Positions 37,276 to 51,399 of a DNA stretch of 64,000 bases are shown here, piece by piece. The stretch is taken from the NCBI RefSeq assembly GCF_006345805.1, contig NC_043011.1, forward strand, positions 25,494,464 through 25,558,463. The letters are read 5' to 3'. Both the position numbers and the translations under genes were made by a program. The notes under the pieces are model-generated. The model ran no database searches. It worked only from the letters and a program-made list of their open reading frames with translations, and had not been told where the DNA came from. Source of the DNA: Octopus sinensis (lineage: Eukaryota). Numbering within the stretch: position 1 is the first letter of the stretch; the number at the start of each line of letters is the position of its first letter.

Positions 37276-38420
37276 GAAAAAAACGATTTTGTGAGATTTT
37301 TGCTGCCCTGGTAACTATTTATTTATTTTTTCCATGTTAATTGTTAACAAGGTAAAAATACACTCATCTATTTAAATATATATATATATATATCATCATC
37401 ATCATCGTTTAACGTCCGTTTTCCCCGCGCTAGCACGGGTTGGACGGTTTCGACCGGGGTCTGGGGAGCTAGGGACTGCCCCAGGCTCCAGTCTAGTCTG
37501 GCAGTGTTTCTACAGCTGGATCCCTTCCTAACGCCAACCACTCCGCGAGTGTAGTGGGTGCTTTTTACGTGCCACCTGCACAGGTGCCAGAGGGGTCTGG
37601 CATTCTCCACGTTCGGATGGTGCTTTTTTTTTTATGTGGGGGGGGGGGCAGAAATATAGGGGAGCACCAGTGGGGAGGGGTGGTTCAGAGAAATGATGAC
37701 AGGTTCTTAGGCAAGTAGAACGTAGGATATCAAGAGGGTAATGCATGGTGAAATAGCGTATTGAGGAGGGGGGGTTCGAAGAGTAGACACCTATAATGGT
37801 GGTGGGAGAAACAACATCCGGTATAGATGGAGCAAAAATATAGAGATATCCGGTATTGGTGGTGGGGGTGGGCAGGGTGGGTGCACCGCGAATACGCGAA
37901 GGTTGAAAAAAGATGATAGAGCGAGACTTGGTCGGGCAGAATTAATAGAGGAGAAATTAGATACAATAGTTAGATAGATAAATAGGAAAACATGTATGAT
38001 TGGTCGAGAAGTGAAGTGAAAATAAATAAAATAAAATAAGCATTCAAACTTAGCTGTGCTTGAGATTATAGCTGCTAGGTGAATGAATGAGAGAGCACAT
38101 GTTGTTGCCTTAAGTAAAGAAATTGACCGGAAAGGAATTTTTGGACAAGGCGGAAGTGTATTAAGGGAACAGGCTTCAAAGATGGCGGAGATCGATAGAC
38201 AAATACGCGAGGGTTGAAAAAAGATGATAGAGCGAGACTTGGTCGGGCAGAATAATAGAGGAGAAATTAGATACAATAGTTAGATAGATAAATAACAACA
38301 GATAGGAAAACATGTATGATTGGTCGAGAAGTGAAGTGAAAATAAATAAAAATAAAATAAGCATTCAAACTTAGCTGTGCTCGAGATTATAGCTGCTAGG
38401 TGAATATATATATATATATA

Positions 38421-38465
<45 letters not shown>

Positions 38466-38468
<3 letters not shown>

Positions 38469-38850
38469 GGTACTCCGTTAGTTGCAATGACAAGGGTTCC
38501 AGTTGATCCAATCAACAGAACAGCCTGCTTGTGAAATTAATGTGCAAGTGGCTGAGCACTCCACAGACACGTGTACCCTTAACGTAGTTCTCGGGGAGAT
38601 TCAGTGTGACACAGAGTGAGACAAGGCCAGCCCTTTGAAATACAGGTACAACAGAAACAGGAAGAAAGAGTGAGAGAAAGTTATGGTGAAAGAGTACAGC
38701 AGGGTTTGCCACCACCCCTTGCTGGAGCCTTGTGGAGCTTTAAGGGTTTTCACTCAATAAACATTCACAACACCCAGTCTGGGACTTGAAACCATGATTC
38801 TATGGCCATGAGTCTACTGTCCTAACAACTGTGCCATTGCACCTCCACAC
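38466..38850 (-). mobile_element. SINE (family 4 head, tail type iii)
   Basis: 5' half matches 11196-11390; 3' half matches 26225-26410. Confidence 0.8.
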
Positions 38851-38949
38851 ATACACTCACAAGCATATATATATATACACACATACGTATATATCTATAC
38901 ATACATATATATACAGATATGTATATATCTATACATACATGTATAAGAG

Positions 38950-39245
38950 CAGGTACTCCTCAAAAGCGACTGGAAACATTCTCTGTAGCACAAGCTAATT
39001 GTAGTTCAGGTTTCTGCCACTAGAAGCCATTGATGTGACTCTCAGATTCTGGCATCATTCTGCTGACTGGCATCATCTACTGAGGTTGTACTGTTACATG
39101 GTGCATCTTTGTTTTGCAGTGCTTCTCCCCTGTTTGTTGATTTTTGCGATGGTTTAAAACGAAGGAACAGCATGCTTCTGAGAAATTCTGTTTTCTACTG
39201 GAGAAAATGGTGACTGAAACAGTTATCATGCTGCAAACAGCTACC
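38950..39245 (+). mobile_element. Mariner 5' fragment
   Basis: EQHASEKFCFLLEKMVTETVIMLQTA, resembling the mariner N-terminal HTH. Confidence 0.55.
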
Positions 39246-41000
39246 AAATCCTCCACTCACAAGGCTTTGGTCAGCCTGGGACTACAGTAGAAGACTCTCT
39301 TCCAAGGTGTCACACAGTTGGATTGAACCTGAGATCACAAGGTTAGGAAGCAAGCTCCTTAACCACACAGCAATCCCTGTGCCTATGAATTGTGCATAAA
39401 GTATTGATTTCAAAGTTTGGCACAAGGCCAGCAATTTCGGGGAAAAGAACAAGACAGTATTAGTGATTAACTGGTACTTATTTTATCAACCTTGAAAGGA
39501 TGAAAGGCAAAGTTGACCTTGGTGGAATTTGCACTCAGATTGTGAAGATAGATGAAATACCGTTAAGCATTTTGCTCAGTGTGCTAACGGTCCTGCCAGC
39601 TTGTCTCCTTAAATTATGCATAAACTATTAACAACTACAAGAGATAAAAGATAATTCACGATTCAGTATATGATCAAGATATTCTAGTTGTGGCCATTCC
39701 ACCTTTGAATGACATAATCTTATCTAAAGCATCTTTCCTTTCTTAGTGGTAGTATATAATTTGAAGTTGAACTAGCTGCTATTTCTAGAAGATTGAATGA
39801 CCACAATGTTGCTCTGTTTGTGTGTCTGACTTCAAATCTAGCGACGGGGCAGTGGATAGGTGGTGAAATGTCTGCTTTGTTATCTTTTTATCTTTGTTGT
39901 TGATAGAACCAAGTTTCACTTATACACAGTCATGTCAGTCAAACTATGTTTCTTGTACTATTTATGAAAGAAAGGGATTTTATAATTTTTTTTTTGTGTG
40001 GGCTAAGAAACAGACACTTGTCACTATATTAAAGACTGCACTATAGCAATGATAACAATGATGATGATGGCCCTGACGGTCCATATAAGATTTTTTGTGG
40101 GAGGAGTGTCGTTGCAACTAAATAGTAAATTGGGGATCCACAATAGAATTCTAAGGGTCCCCCACAAAAAAAAACTTGCTTTTGATCTATGTATTGGTAT
40201 GTATTACATGAAACAGCTAGGTTTCTTTTTCTAACATTTACAAAAAAGAAAATGAGAATTTTGAAAGGGGTTTCTATAAAATATGGGATCCACCAGAATA
40301 AAATAGTAATAAAAGGGGTCCATAGATAAAAAAAAATAGTCAAGAACCCTTGATGGTGATGATGATGATGATGATGATGATGATGGTGATGATGATCATT
40401 ACCATGACCACGACCATGACCACGACCATGACCACCACCACGACCACCACCATGACCACCACCACGACCACCACCATGACCACCACCATGACCACCACCA
40501 CGACCACCATCACCATCGCAATCTGGTCAACTTATCTTTTCATCATTGGTGGAGTGGTAGTCAATAAAGTAGTAGTCCTGCAATTGGTTTGATTCATCTT
40601 TAACCATTCTTTTTCTCCAGATATATTTCCTTTATGTTCTAGGATAAATCAGTTTTGCTGAGGTCTGGAAACAGATAGGCTGTGTTAGGTTTAACTCATT
40701 TGCATTCATATTACTCTGTCAAATGTAATGCTTATTTATTCACATTGTTTTGATTTAATCATGCATTATGTTGTAGCTTTGAGATTTTGATAACAAGATT
40801 GTTTACTTTATAGTACGACATACAGAAGTTGTAAGAGACTATATTTGGCCAGTTTGAACATTAAACAAATAGCATATTTTGGCCAGATATGGCTGGTTTA
40901 CATGCTAAAGGGGCAAATCCCTCAGACATGTGGTATGATTCTATCAGAAGATTAGGAGTTGAAAGCTCAAGAAAGGAAAGAAGTATATATGTATGTGTGA

Positions 41001-41087
<87 letters not shown>

Positions 41088-42976
41088 AAACTGAGAATGT
41101 AGTGTCATAGGCCCCCCAAAAAGTTTAACTTTGGTATCTCTGTTAGTATATATATTTATAACAACAGATGGCTTTCGACTGAGAACAAAGCAACTTGAGC
41201 TGGCATTTATGAAGTGAAAGCCTAAAGGCAGGAACATAGGAGATGGACATAAGAGGTGCTGGCAGTCGGCAGTCAGGCCATGAAAGAAAAACATGGCTGG
41301 CTGGACACTGGTCATGTGGAAGGAGGAGAAAGGGGTAGGGGGCGATTTTTTCCTGTCTTCCTTTTCTTTTGGACTTCCCTCTGTCTCCTGTTTCTGAAGA
41401 AGAGCTTTGCTTGTAACGTAAAACCCCCCTTTCTTTCCTCCCCTGAGCATCTTATTAATACTTTGCAAGTACCACGACCTCACATTTTTCTGTCTGTTTT
41501 TTTATAATTATATATATATATATAATATATATATATACACACACATACATATAATACACACACACATACAGACACGTGCGTGTGCGTGCACACACACACA
41601 CACACACACACACAAATAAGAACTGTTTCAGTTGCATTTTTTATTGATGAATAATTTGATAACATCATGAAAATAAATATTTTCTTCAGGTGAATTAAAA
41701 ATCTGAAATTTACCAAGAAAATACCAAGATGTGGAATATGGATTGACCCTCTCATTTTGGCACCAATGAAGAGAGTGAAAACATACTGAGATTTAAGCAT
41801 ATTTTATTGGCCTATGGGTTATAAAACAATGGACAATGTCACAGATGATTTTTTAAATGGAATTAGAGAGATAAAGATAGGAGGGAGACAGAGAGAATGA
41901 AATAGGAGGAGAAGGAAGCGAGGCTGGGTTAAGGGTTAATAATATAGTGTGGCCAAGACAAATGCCCTGGTGCCAGGGAACCTCTATTTTATTAAAAGTA
42001 GCACCTAAATCCCCTCACATCCTATCATTCTTAAAAGAAGAAAGGACACATTAGGCAAACTAGACATAAATAATGTCTACTTACACAGGATAGTCCAACA
42101 AGAACAACAATCATCATCATCGTTGCTGTTGTTGTCATCTCCCCCATCATCATCATCATCTTTAGTTGCAGCAGCAGTGGTAGGAATGATGTAAAGAGCT
42201 TAGGGTGTTGTTTACAGGTTTATTGTTATCTAGACTTCTGTTATCTATCTAATGCCATACAAAGACCATAGCTGAATAGTTTCCCTGATAATTTCATACA
42301 TGATTATATATGAAACTTAGAAAACATCTTTATCTATAATTTTCTCCTACAATTCAGTGCACTTCATAGTTCATGTGCCTAAATAAAATTGGTATAAAAT
42401 TGGTCATAATTTGTTCATCTTCATTGTTTATCATTTATTTACATCATGAAGTAGGTGTCTGAGGAGTTAACCATCTTGCTTTCTAACAATGTGGCTTCAA
42501 TTTCAATCCTACTGTATGACACCTTGGGCAAGTGTCTTCTATATTAATGGACTGACCAAAGCCTTGTGCATAGATTCGGTAGACGAAAACTAGAAAAAGC
42601 TCATTGTTTATATATAAATATATATATATTCATTCTTTTATTCTTTTATTTGTTTGAGTCATTTGACTGTGGTCAAGCTGGAGCACTGCCTTCAGGGGTT
42701 TTAGTCAAACAAATTGACCCCAGGACTTATATTTTAGTGTTGGTGTGTTTTAGCTGGTGTTGGTGTGTTTACATCCAAATAACTTAGCAGTTTGGCAAAA
42801 AGACAGATAGAATAAGTACTAGGCTTAAAATATAAGTCCTGGGGTCAATTTGTTTGACTAAAACCCCTGAAGGCAGTGCTCCAGCTTGACCACAGTCAAA
42901 TGACTCAAACAAATAAAAGAATAAAAGAATGAATATATATATTTATATATAAACAATGAGCTTTTTCTAGTTTTCG

Positions 42977-43035
<59 letters not shown>

Positions 43036-43059
43036 TCCCGGCCGACGCAGGTATTAATT

Positions 43060-44515
43060 TAGGCCGTTCGCCAGCCTCATCTGGCACCTGTGCCGGTGGC
43101 ACATAAAGACACCATCCGAAGACCCGGCGACGTAGTCAGTCCACCTGTGCATTCCTTCCCTCTTATGACACTTGTGAAGACCTGTTGAGGCAAGTGTGTG
43201 ACACTTGTGAAGACCTGTTGAGGCAGAGGCAAGTGTGTGACACTTGTGGAGACCTGTTGAGGCAATGTGTGACCCTTGTGAAGACCTGTTGAGGCAAGTG
43301 AAAATCAAACCAAATCAAAATAGATGAATATCAATGGAATTTGTATCTTTGTGGTTCCAAACCGGTGGCACACAAGAAAACCATCCGAACGTGGCCGTCG
43401 ACTGGCCTCCGTGCTGTGGGCACAACAAACACCATCTGATCGTGGCCGTTCGCCAGCCTCACCTGGCACCTGTGTCGGTGGCACATAAAAACACCACCAC
43501 CATCCAAAGACCCGGCGACGTAGTCAGTCCACCTGTGCTTACCTTCCCTCTTATGACACTTGTGAAGACCTGTTGAGGCAGAGGCAAGTGTGTGACACTT
43601 TGTGAAGACCTGTTGAGGCAGAGGCAAGTGTGGACACTTGTGGAGACCTGTTGAGGCAAGTGGTGACACTTTGTGAAGACCTGTTGAGGCAGAGGCAATG
43701 TGTGACACTTGTGGAGACCTGTTGAGGCAAGTGTGTGACACGCGGACACTTGTGAAGACCTGTTGAGGCAAGTGAAATCAAACCAAATCAAAATAGATGA
43801 ACATCAATGGAATTTGTATCTTTGTGGTTCCAGTACCGGTGGCACACACGAAAACCATCCGATCGTGGCCGTTCGCCAGCCACATCTGGCACCTGTGTCG
43901 GTGGCACATAAAGACACCATCCGAAGACCGGCGACGTAGACAGTCCACCTATGCATACCTTCCTTCTTGTGACACTTGTGAAGACCTGTTGAGGCAAGTG
44001 AAAATCAAATCAAATCAAATCAATCAAATCAAATCAAAACAAATCAAAATAGATTGAACATAAATGGAATTTGTATCTTTGTGGTACCAGTGCCGTGGCA
44101 CACAAGAAAATCATCCGAACGTGGCCGTAGCCAGTACCGCATAGACTGGCCTCCATGCTTTGGGGACGTAACAAATACCATCCGATCGTGGCCGTCCGCC
44201 AGCCTCATCTGGCACCTGTGTCGGTGGCACATAAAAACACCATCCGAGCGTGGCCGTCTGCCAGCCTCGTCTGGCACCTGTGTCGTGGCACATAAAACAC
44301 CATCCGAGCGTGGCCGTTCGCCAGCCTCGTCTGGCACCTGTGTCGGTGGCACATAAATCACCCACTACACTCTCGGAGTGGTTGGCGTTAGGAAGGGCAT
44401 CCAGCTGTAGAAACACTGCCAGATCTGACTGGCCTGGTGCAGCCTTCGGGTCCCCAGACCCCAGTTGAACCGTCCAACCCATGCTAGCATGGAAAACGGA
44501 CGCTAAATGATGATG

Positions 44516-44516
<1 letters not shown>
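43060..44516 (+). repeat. Composite RTE 3' UTR array with 30-39 bp minisatellite GACACTTGTGAAGACCTGTTGAGGCAAGTG
   Basis: Three successive 3' UTR segments carry 4, 6 and 1 copies of the unit. Confidence 0.8.
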
Positions 44517-44548
<32 letters not shown>

Positions 44549-44777
44549 ATACATACGACAGGCTTCTCTCAGTTTCTGTCTACCAAATCCACTCACAAGG
44601 TTTTGGTTGGCCCGAAGCTATAGAAAAAAGATACTTGCCCAAGGTACCATGCAGTGGGACTGAACCTGGAACCATATGGTTGAAAAGCAAGCTTCTTACC
44701 ACACAGGCACACCTGTGTCCATCCATATATACATACATATATATATATACAAATACACATTTATATATATATATATA

Positions 44778-44840
<63 letters not shown>

Positions 44841-44869
44841 CAAATATATACACATACAAATATATATCA

Positions 44870-45560
44870 TCATCATCATTATCGTTTAATGTCTGTTTTC
44901 CATGCTGGCATGTGTTTGATGGTTTAACTGGTGTCTGGGAAGCCAGTAGGCTGGACTAGGCTCCAGTCTAATCTGGCAGTGTTTCTACAGCTGGATGCCC
45001 TTTTTAACACCAACCAGTCTGAGAGTGTAGTGGTTGCTTTTTACGGGCCACCGGCACAGGGGCCAGAGAGGGCTGGCAACAATCACAATCGGTTGGTGCT
45101 TCTTATGTGCCCTCGGCATGGAAGCCAGTCAAGGCAGCACTGGTATCAGCCATGTTCAGATGGTGCTTCTTATGTGCCACTGGCACGGGGATCACAACTA
45201 CAATTTCCATATGATTTTGATGTACTTGACTCAATAGGTCTCCTCAAACATGGCATATTGCCCTATGATCCAAGGTACTTTTGAGTGGACTGGTTATGCA
45301 ACACTGGTGTAGGCTACAGCTGTGAACTCACTTTATTTGCCTGGTCTTCTCAGTCACAGCATATCTTCAGAGGTCTTGGTCTTTTGTTGTTGCCTCTGTG
45401 AGGCCCACCATTCGAAGGTCATGCTCCACCACCTCATCCCATGTTTTCCTGGGTCTCCCTCTACCCCAGATTCCTTCCACTGTTTGGGAGTGGCACTTCT
45501 TCACACAGCTCTCCTCATCCATCCATAGTACATGACCATACCAACGCAAACGTCTCTCTT
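44870..45560 (-). mobile_element. RTE-clade LINE 3' end: ORF2 C-terminus contiguous with 3' UTR and (GAT)n tail
   Basis: RRLRWYGHVLWMDEESCVKKC..GRGRPRKTWDEVVEHDL runs directly into the GGCACGTAAAAAGCAC..GGGCATCCAGCTGTAGAAAC..TAAAC(GAT)n segment seen in many truncated copies. Confidence 0.85.
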
Positions 45561-46382
45561 GCATGTGTGTGTGTGTATTTGTGTGTATGTGTGTATATAT
45601 GTTTTTGTATGGGTGTGTATGTGGGTGTGTTTGTATACTTGTGTACAAATGCATATATGAAGAGTGTGGATGTGGGTATGTTATTTGTTGTATGGATGTA
45701 CATGTTTGTGTATGCATATGCTTATGTTTGCGTGTATGTTGGTTGCTGGTGTCTTAGTGTTGGTTGCTTGTATGCTGGTTGGTGTTTTGCTGATATATAT
45801 TTTGGGTCATGCGTGTGTGTGCTGGTGCCTGCCATATCTGCATGCATGCACATATGCACACAACTTATATACTCACTGGCTTTACTTAAGCCATATTCAG
45901 ACACACTGATACTGCCAGTTTCCTGTCCAACAACCTCATGGTCAAGAAACTCCCTTTTTCTGATGCAATAGGTGTCACTTACCAAGTGACATAATTCACT
46001 GTAACACCATGTGACCCTCATTGACCAATAGTAGCCCATATTCTGGTAGCTATCTTGGACTTCCTGGAACTCTTCTTCATTTAGCCATTCCAGAAGCCTG
46101 AAGGAGATAAACCCCGTTAGGGGCCTTCAAAACTTGAAGTAGCATGGAAACCAAATCAAACTGTTTTAAATAAAACTTGTAACTCCTAGTAAATGTGTTA
46201 AGTGCCTTTTTCTTTCATTTGTTTGGTACCAAGTCAGTAGTGGAGGTGGATGCTCTGAGAGTGTAGCTGCAAAAAAAAAAAAAAAGAAAAACTTGAGCAA
46301 TATCATGATTTAGCATGAGTGCGCTGAAGAGATTGTGGAAGACCAAGACAGTGATTATTTCTGTAGTAATTGGTGCAATTGG

Positions 46383-46692
46383 TGGAAGCACAATGGCTCA
46401 GTGGTTAGGGAAGCGGACTTGCAGTCGGAGGATCATGGTTTTGATTCCCAGACCGGGTGTTGTGTGTGTTTATTGAGCAAAAACACCCAAAAGCTCCACG
46501 ATGCTCTGGCAGGGGTTGGTGGCAACCCCTGTTGTACTCTTTTGCCACAACTTTCTCTCACTCTCTCTTCCTGTTTCTTGAGTAATGCTGCCATGGACTG
46601 GCATCCCATTCAGCTGGGTGGAACACATACGCCACAGAAACCAGGAAACCGGGCCCATGAGCCTTGCTAGGCTTGAAAAGGGCGAAAAAAAA
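46383..46692 (+). mobile_element. Full-length SINE (family 4 head, tail type ii) with poly(A) and 15-bp TSD
   Basis: AATTGGTGCAATTGG at 46368-46382 and 46693-46707. Confidence 0.88.
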
Positions 46693-47128
46693 AATTGGTG
46701 CAATTGGCACAACCCCTAAAATGCTACCTGAAAGAAACTGAAAGGGATTTGAATTCAAACTTGCATTGTTGACCTGCAGAAAAGCACACTCCTATATTCT
46801 TCAAGTATCCTAAGGAAGATTCTTGAGATTTGAGGATACTTGTCACTAAATACCAAGATAAACTAAATTAGTATGCACTAGTGTAACAACATCAACAACA
46901 ACAACAGTCCTTTCTACTAAAAGCAAAAAGCCTGAAATTTGGTGGGAATGCACTAATCGATTACATTGACCCCAGTGTTTCACTGGTACTTAATTTATCA
47001 ACCCCACAAGGAGGAAAAGCAAAGTTGATTTTGGCAGAAGCTGAACTCAGAACACAGCAACAGATGAAATACCACTAAGCATTTCATCCTGTGTGCTAAT
47101 GATTCTGCCAGCTCACCACCTTAATAAA

Positions 47129-47174
<46 letters not shown>

Positions 47175-47705
47175 GTTTCGAATTTTGCCACAAGGGCAGC
47201 AATTTTGGGGGTGGGGGCTAGTCAACTATATTGACCCCAGTGTTTCACTGGTACTTAACTTATTGACTCTGAAAGAATGAATGACAAAGTTGACCTCGGC
47301 AGAATTTGAACGCAGAATGTAGTAATTGGTGAAATATCACTAAGCATTTCGTTCGGCATGCTAACAATTCTGCCAACTTGCTACCTTAATAATGATGATG
47401 ATGATGATGATGACAACGACGACAATGATGATTTCAAATTTTTGCACAAGGCCAGTAAGTTTGGGGAAGGGGTCTAGTTTGTTATATTGACCTTAGCACT
47501 CAACTGGTACTTATTTTATTGAGCCAGAAAGGATGAGAGCCAAAGTCAACCTTGGCAGAATTTGAACTCCGAATGTAAAGATGGACGAAATGTTGCTAAG
47601 CATATTACCTGGTGTGCTAATGATTCTGCTCGCTTGCCACCTTAATAATAATGAAATGACATAACATGAAATTACTAATTGCTTTGTATTTTTGTTGTTT
47701 TGCAG

Positions 47706-47999
47706 ATGAATGTAACCAAATTCCTTTACCAGCCATTCCTGGGTTAACCTCAACAGTTTCTCCTGTTTCTCAGTCAACAGTACAAAATAATTCAGTTTCT
47801 CGTGGTGTCCCTGTCCCACGGTCACCTAATCGGAAAACTATTCCAAATAACACTTTTATAACTCGTTTGTATGGAAACTGTACTACACATAAAGAATGTC
47901 CTGAATTTGCAGAATGTAGGCCATTAGCATGTGAAGGCTATGTCTGTATATGTATTGAAGACTTTGTGCCAGCCAGAAATTCTACAGTTTGTATTAAAA
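47706..47999 (+). CDS. EB/EGF-like module protein, exon A2 (orphan Cys + S/T/P linker + 7-Cys domain)
   Basis: TTGCAG acceptor, 294 nt, ECNQIPLPAIPG...CTTHKECPEFAECRPLACEGYVCICIEDFVPARNSTVCIK, donor A|GTGAGT. Confidence 0.92.
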
Positions 48000-50671
48000 G
48001 TGAGTACACATCCCTTTTTCTTTTTTTATTTCTTATCTTTTACATGCTTCAGTCATTGAATTGTGACCATGGTACTTATTCTCTCAGACTCTCTTACCGA
48101 ACTGCAAAGTTATTGGGACATAAACAAACCAGCAATGGTTGTCAAACAGTGGAATGGGGAAAGCACAAACAAAAACACACACATACACACATGCACATAT
48201 ACACACAAGCACACACACTCACATATATACATATATGCATGCATCACACACATACACACAAACACACACACATATATGCATGCATGCACACACACATATA
48301 TATACGCATGCACCCATGCACACACATGCATGTATATACATTGGGCTTTTACTCAGTTCCTGTCTACCAAATTCACTCACAAAGCATTGGTTAGCCTGGA
48401 GCTGTCATTGAATACACTTGCCCAAGATGTCACATAGTAGGACTGAACCTGAAACCATATGGTTGCTAAGAGAGCTTCTTAACCACGCAGTCATGCATGC
48501 AACTACCTGAAAAAAATCTTTAGTAAATTTTCTCACTGCTCCCTGTTGAGTTTAGAGAGTTGTTAGAATGTCAAATGGTATTCCTTGCTGTATTTGTTCT
48601 AGAACTCTCTGCCCTGAGTTCAAATCCTGCCAAGGTCAACTTTGCCTTCCATACTTATGAAGTTGTTAAATAAGGCATAAGTCCTTTTTTTCTTTACCTA
48701 AGTCCTTTGCCCTTTAGGGAATATACCATCATCATCATCATCATTTAATGTCCATTTTCCATGCTGTCGTAAGTCAGCCATCAGTAACTTTTTCCCCACT
48801 GTTCTGGGCCTATGACTGACTTTTCTGCTTCTCTGCAGTTGAATTCTCTCCTTTTCCCTTTCAGGTTTTGCTGCATTGCTTCAAATGTTTCCCCGAGAGA
48901 AGGACTTCCTCTCCCAGTTTTTCTAGTTCAATGCTTCTGTATTTTTGCTTTCTTTTGGTAGGGCTTTAAGCAAATCCATTTTTACCTCTGGGAATAGGTG
49001 GTTCTTATTAGCCTAGTATCTGTCCTTTCACTGATCCAGCATGTCATAGCTGGCATAACTCTCAGGGTCATCAAGGCATACGCTGCAACAAGGTCTTGAC
49101 CTTACAGTCCAGTACTGGAGTCAGTTCTTCTTTTCATCCCATCCTTCTGTCTGTCAATCTGTCTATCTCTGTCTGTCTGTCTCTATCTGTCTGTATGTCT
49201 GTCTCTATCTGTCTGTCTGTCTATCTGTCTATCTGTCTATCTGTGTCTGTCTGTCTCTATCTGTCTGTATGTCTGTCTCTATCTGTCTGTCTGTCTATCT
49301 GTCTGTTTGTCTCTCTCCCTTTCCCTCTCCCTCTCCCTCCCTCCCACTCTCCCTTTCTCTCTCTCCCATGACTGAAGTAGGATGGGCTCTGCCAACTTTA
49401 AAATGTTTGAAGTATTTTATATGACATGATGGTGCTCTTGTGACTTCATCAGTTGTTGATAGCCCACATAAACAACAAAGGATTAATACTGTATGTATCC
49501 TGAGTCAAGCAGTTCAAGATTTAGTGATGACAGTGGTGATTATTACACTTGTGAACCAAATATATCATGATTCATTCTACTCTTGTAATTGATCACTTAG
49601 AGACTGAAGTTTTGATTTTTTAAAAATCTGAAAGAAATATGTTTTTGTACAGCCATCAGTATCCTACTTAATATAAATACATTGTAAAAAAAACAAATTT
49701 ACTATGGTATTTGTCTAGAGATAGTATCTCTTACAGTATAAGCTGTTTAAAAACACAAATTATTTCAGTAGCCAATGAAGATCATCCTGAAGTGGAAGAT
49801 GAAAATGTTAGATATGCATTTCTGCCTTGTATAGCTTTGTCAGTAGCATGAAGCCATTGCCAACTACATGCAAAGATGAAATCCCTTGATCAGAGCGACA
49901 AACTGGCCTCCGTGCCGGTGGCACGTAAAAAGCACCATTCGAGCGTGATCGTTACCTGCGTCGCCTTACTGGCACTTGTGCTGGTGGCACATGAAAAAAC
50001 ATTCAAGTGAGGTCATTGCCAGTGCCACTAGACTGGCTCCTGTGCAGGTGGCACACATAAAGCACCATTTGAGCGTGGCCATTGCCAGTCCTACCTGACT
50101 GGCCCTCATGCCGGTGGCACGTAAAAGCACCCACTACACTCTCAGAGTGGTTGGCGCTAGGAAGGGCATCCAGCTGTAGAAACTCTGCCAGATCACACTG
50201 GAGTCTGGTGCAGCCATCTGGTTTGCCAGACCTCAGTCAAATTGTCCAACCCATGCTAGCATGGAAAGCGGATGTTAAACAATGATGATGATGATGACTG
50301 TTATAGGGAAACAAAGACTGAACAATCACTGAAGTTGCAATTAGCTGTCTTGTTGAATAAGAGTCCACTATATGAACAGAAACAGCATTATAGTTTTATC
50401 CATTACTGAAATAGTTTGTATTTATAAATACAGCATATCTATAAGAGATACTATTGCTAGATGAATACCACATGAAATTTGTCTTTTCATGTTATGTTTA
50501 CATTAAGTAAGTGCAGGCATGGCTGTGTGGCAAGAAGTTTACTTTCTAATCACATGGTTCTGGGTTTAGACCTCCTGTAAGGAAGCTTGAGTGAGTGTCT
50601 TATACTACAGCCTTGGGCCAATCAAAGCCTTTTGAGTGGATTTGGCAGACGGATACTGAAAGAAGACTGTC

Positions 50672-50722
<51 letters not shown>

Positions 50723-51008
50723 TGTGTGTTTGTGTCTATATTTGTCCGTCACCAGCATTTGACAATTGGTGTTGGTGTTGGTGTGTTTATGCCACATAAT
50801 TTAGCAGTTCGGCAAAAGTGACTCATAGAATAAATACTAGGCTTAAAAAAAAAAGTACTAAAGTCAATTTGTTCTACTAAAATTCTTCAAGGCAGTGCCC
50901 CAGCATGGCTGAAACAAGTAAAAGACACACAGATGGTTCTTTTAATCTAACACTACTTCTGTTGCATGTAATGGATACTTTTGTATATTTTACAAAATGC
51001 TTTTTCAG

Positions 51009-51311
51009 AATCAAGACTTTCCGAAATATGTGAAGTTGACGAGCAATGCCCAGGAGAATTTTCGTTTTGCACAAATGGTCTCTGCACATGCACAGCAGGT
51101 CTGGAAACAATTGATAATATCCATTGCAGTGTTCCAGGAACATCACTGCATGGTTACCAATGCAATAGTACAATAGTCTGTGCCATTCCAGATACAAGTT
51201 GTAGGAATGGGGTTTGTTCCTGCATCTCAGGTTTACGTCCCAAAACAATTGAAGAGTTTGCTGCATACCCAAATGAAATTTGGAGCTGCATTGAAGAAGG
51301 GTTTTCTTTGA
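51009..51311 (+). CDS. EB/EGF-like module protein, exon B2
   Basis: TTTCAG acceptor, 303 nt, SRLSEICEVDEQC...IWSCIEEGFSL, donor A|GTAAGT. Confidence 0.92.
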
Positions 51312-51399
51312 GTAAGTTTATCCCATTTTTCACTCATTATACTAAAGAAACTCCCTATAAAATAGAAAAAAATATGAAATAATCAAAATGCATTCTTAA

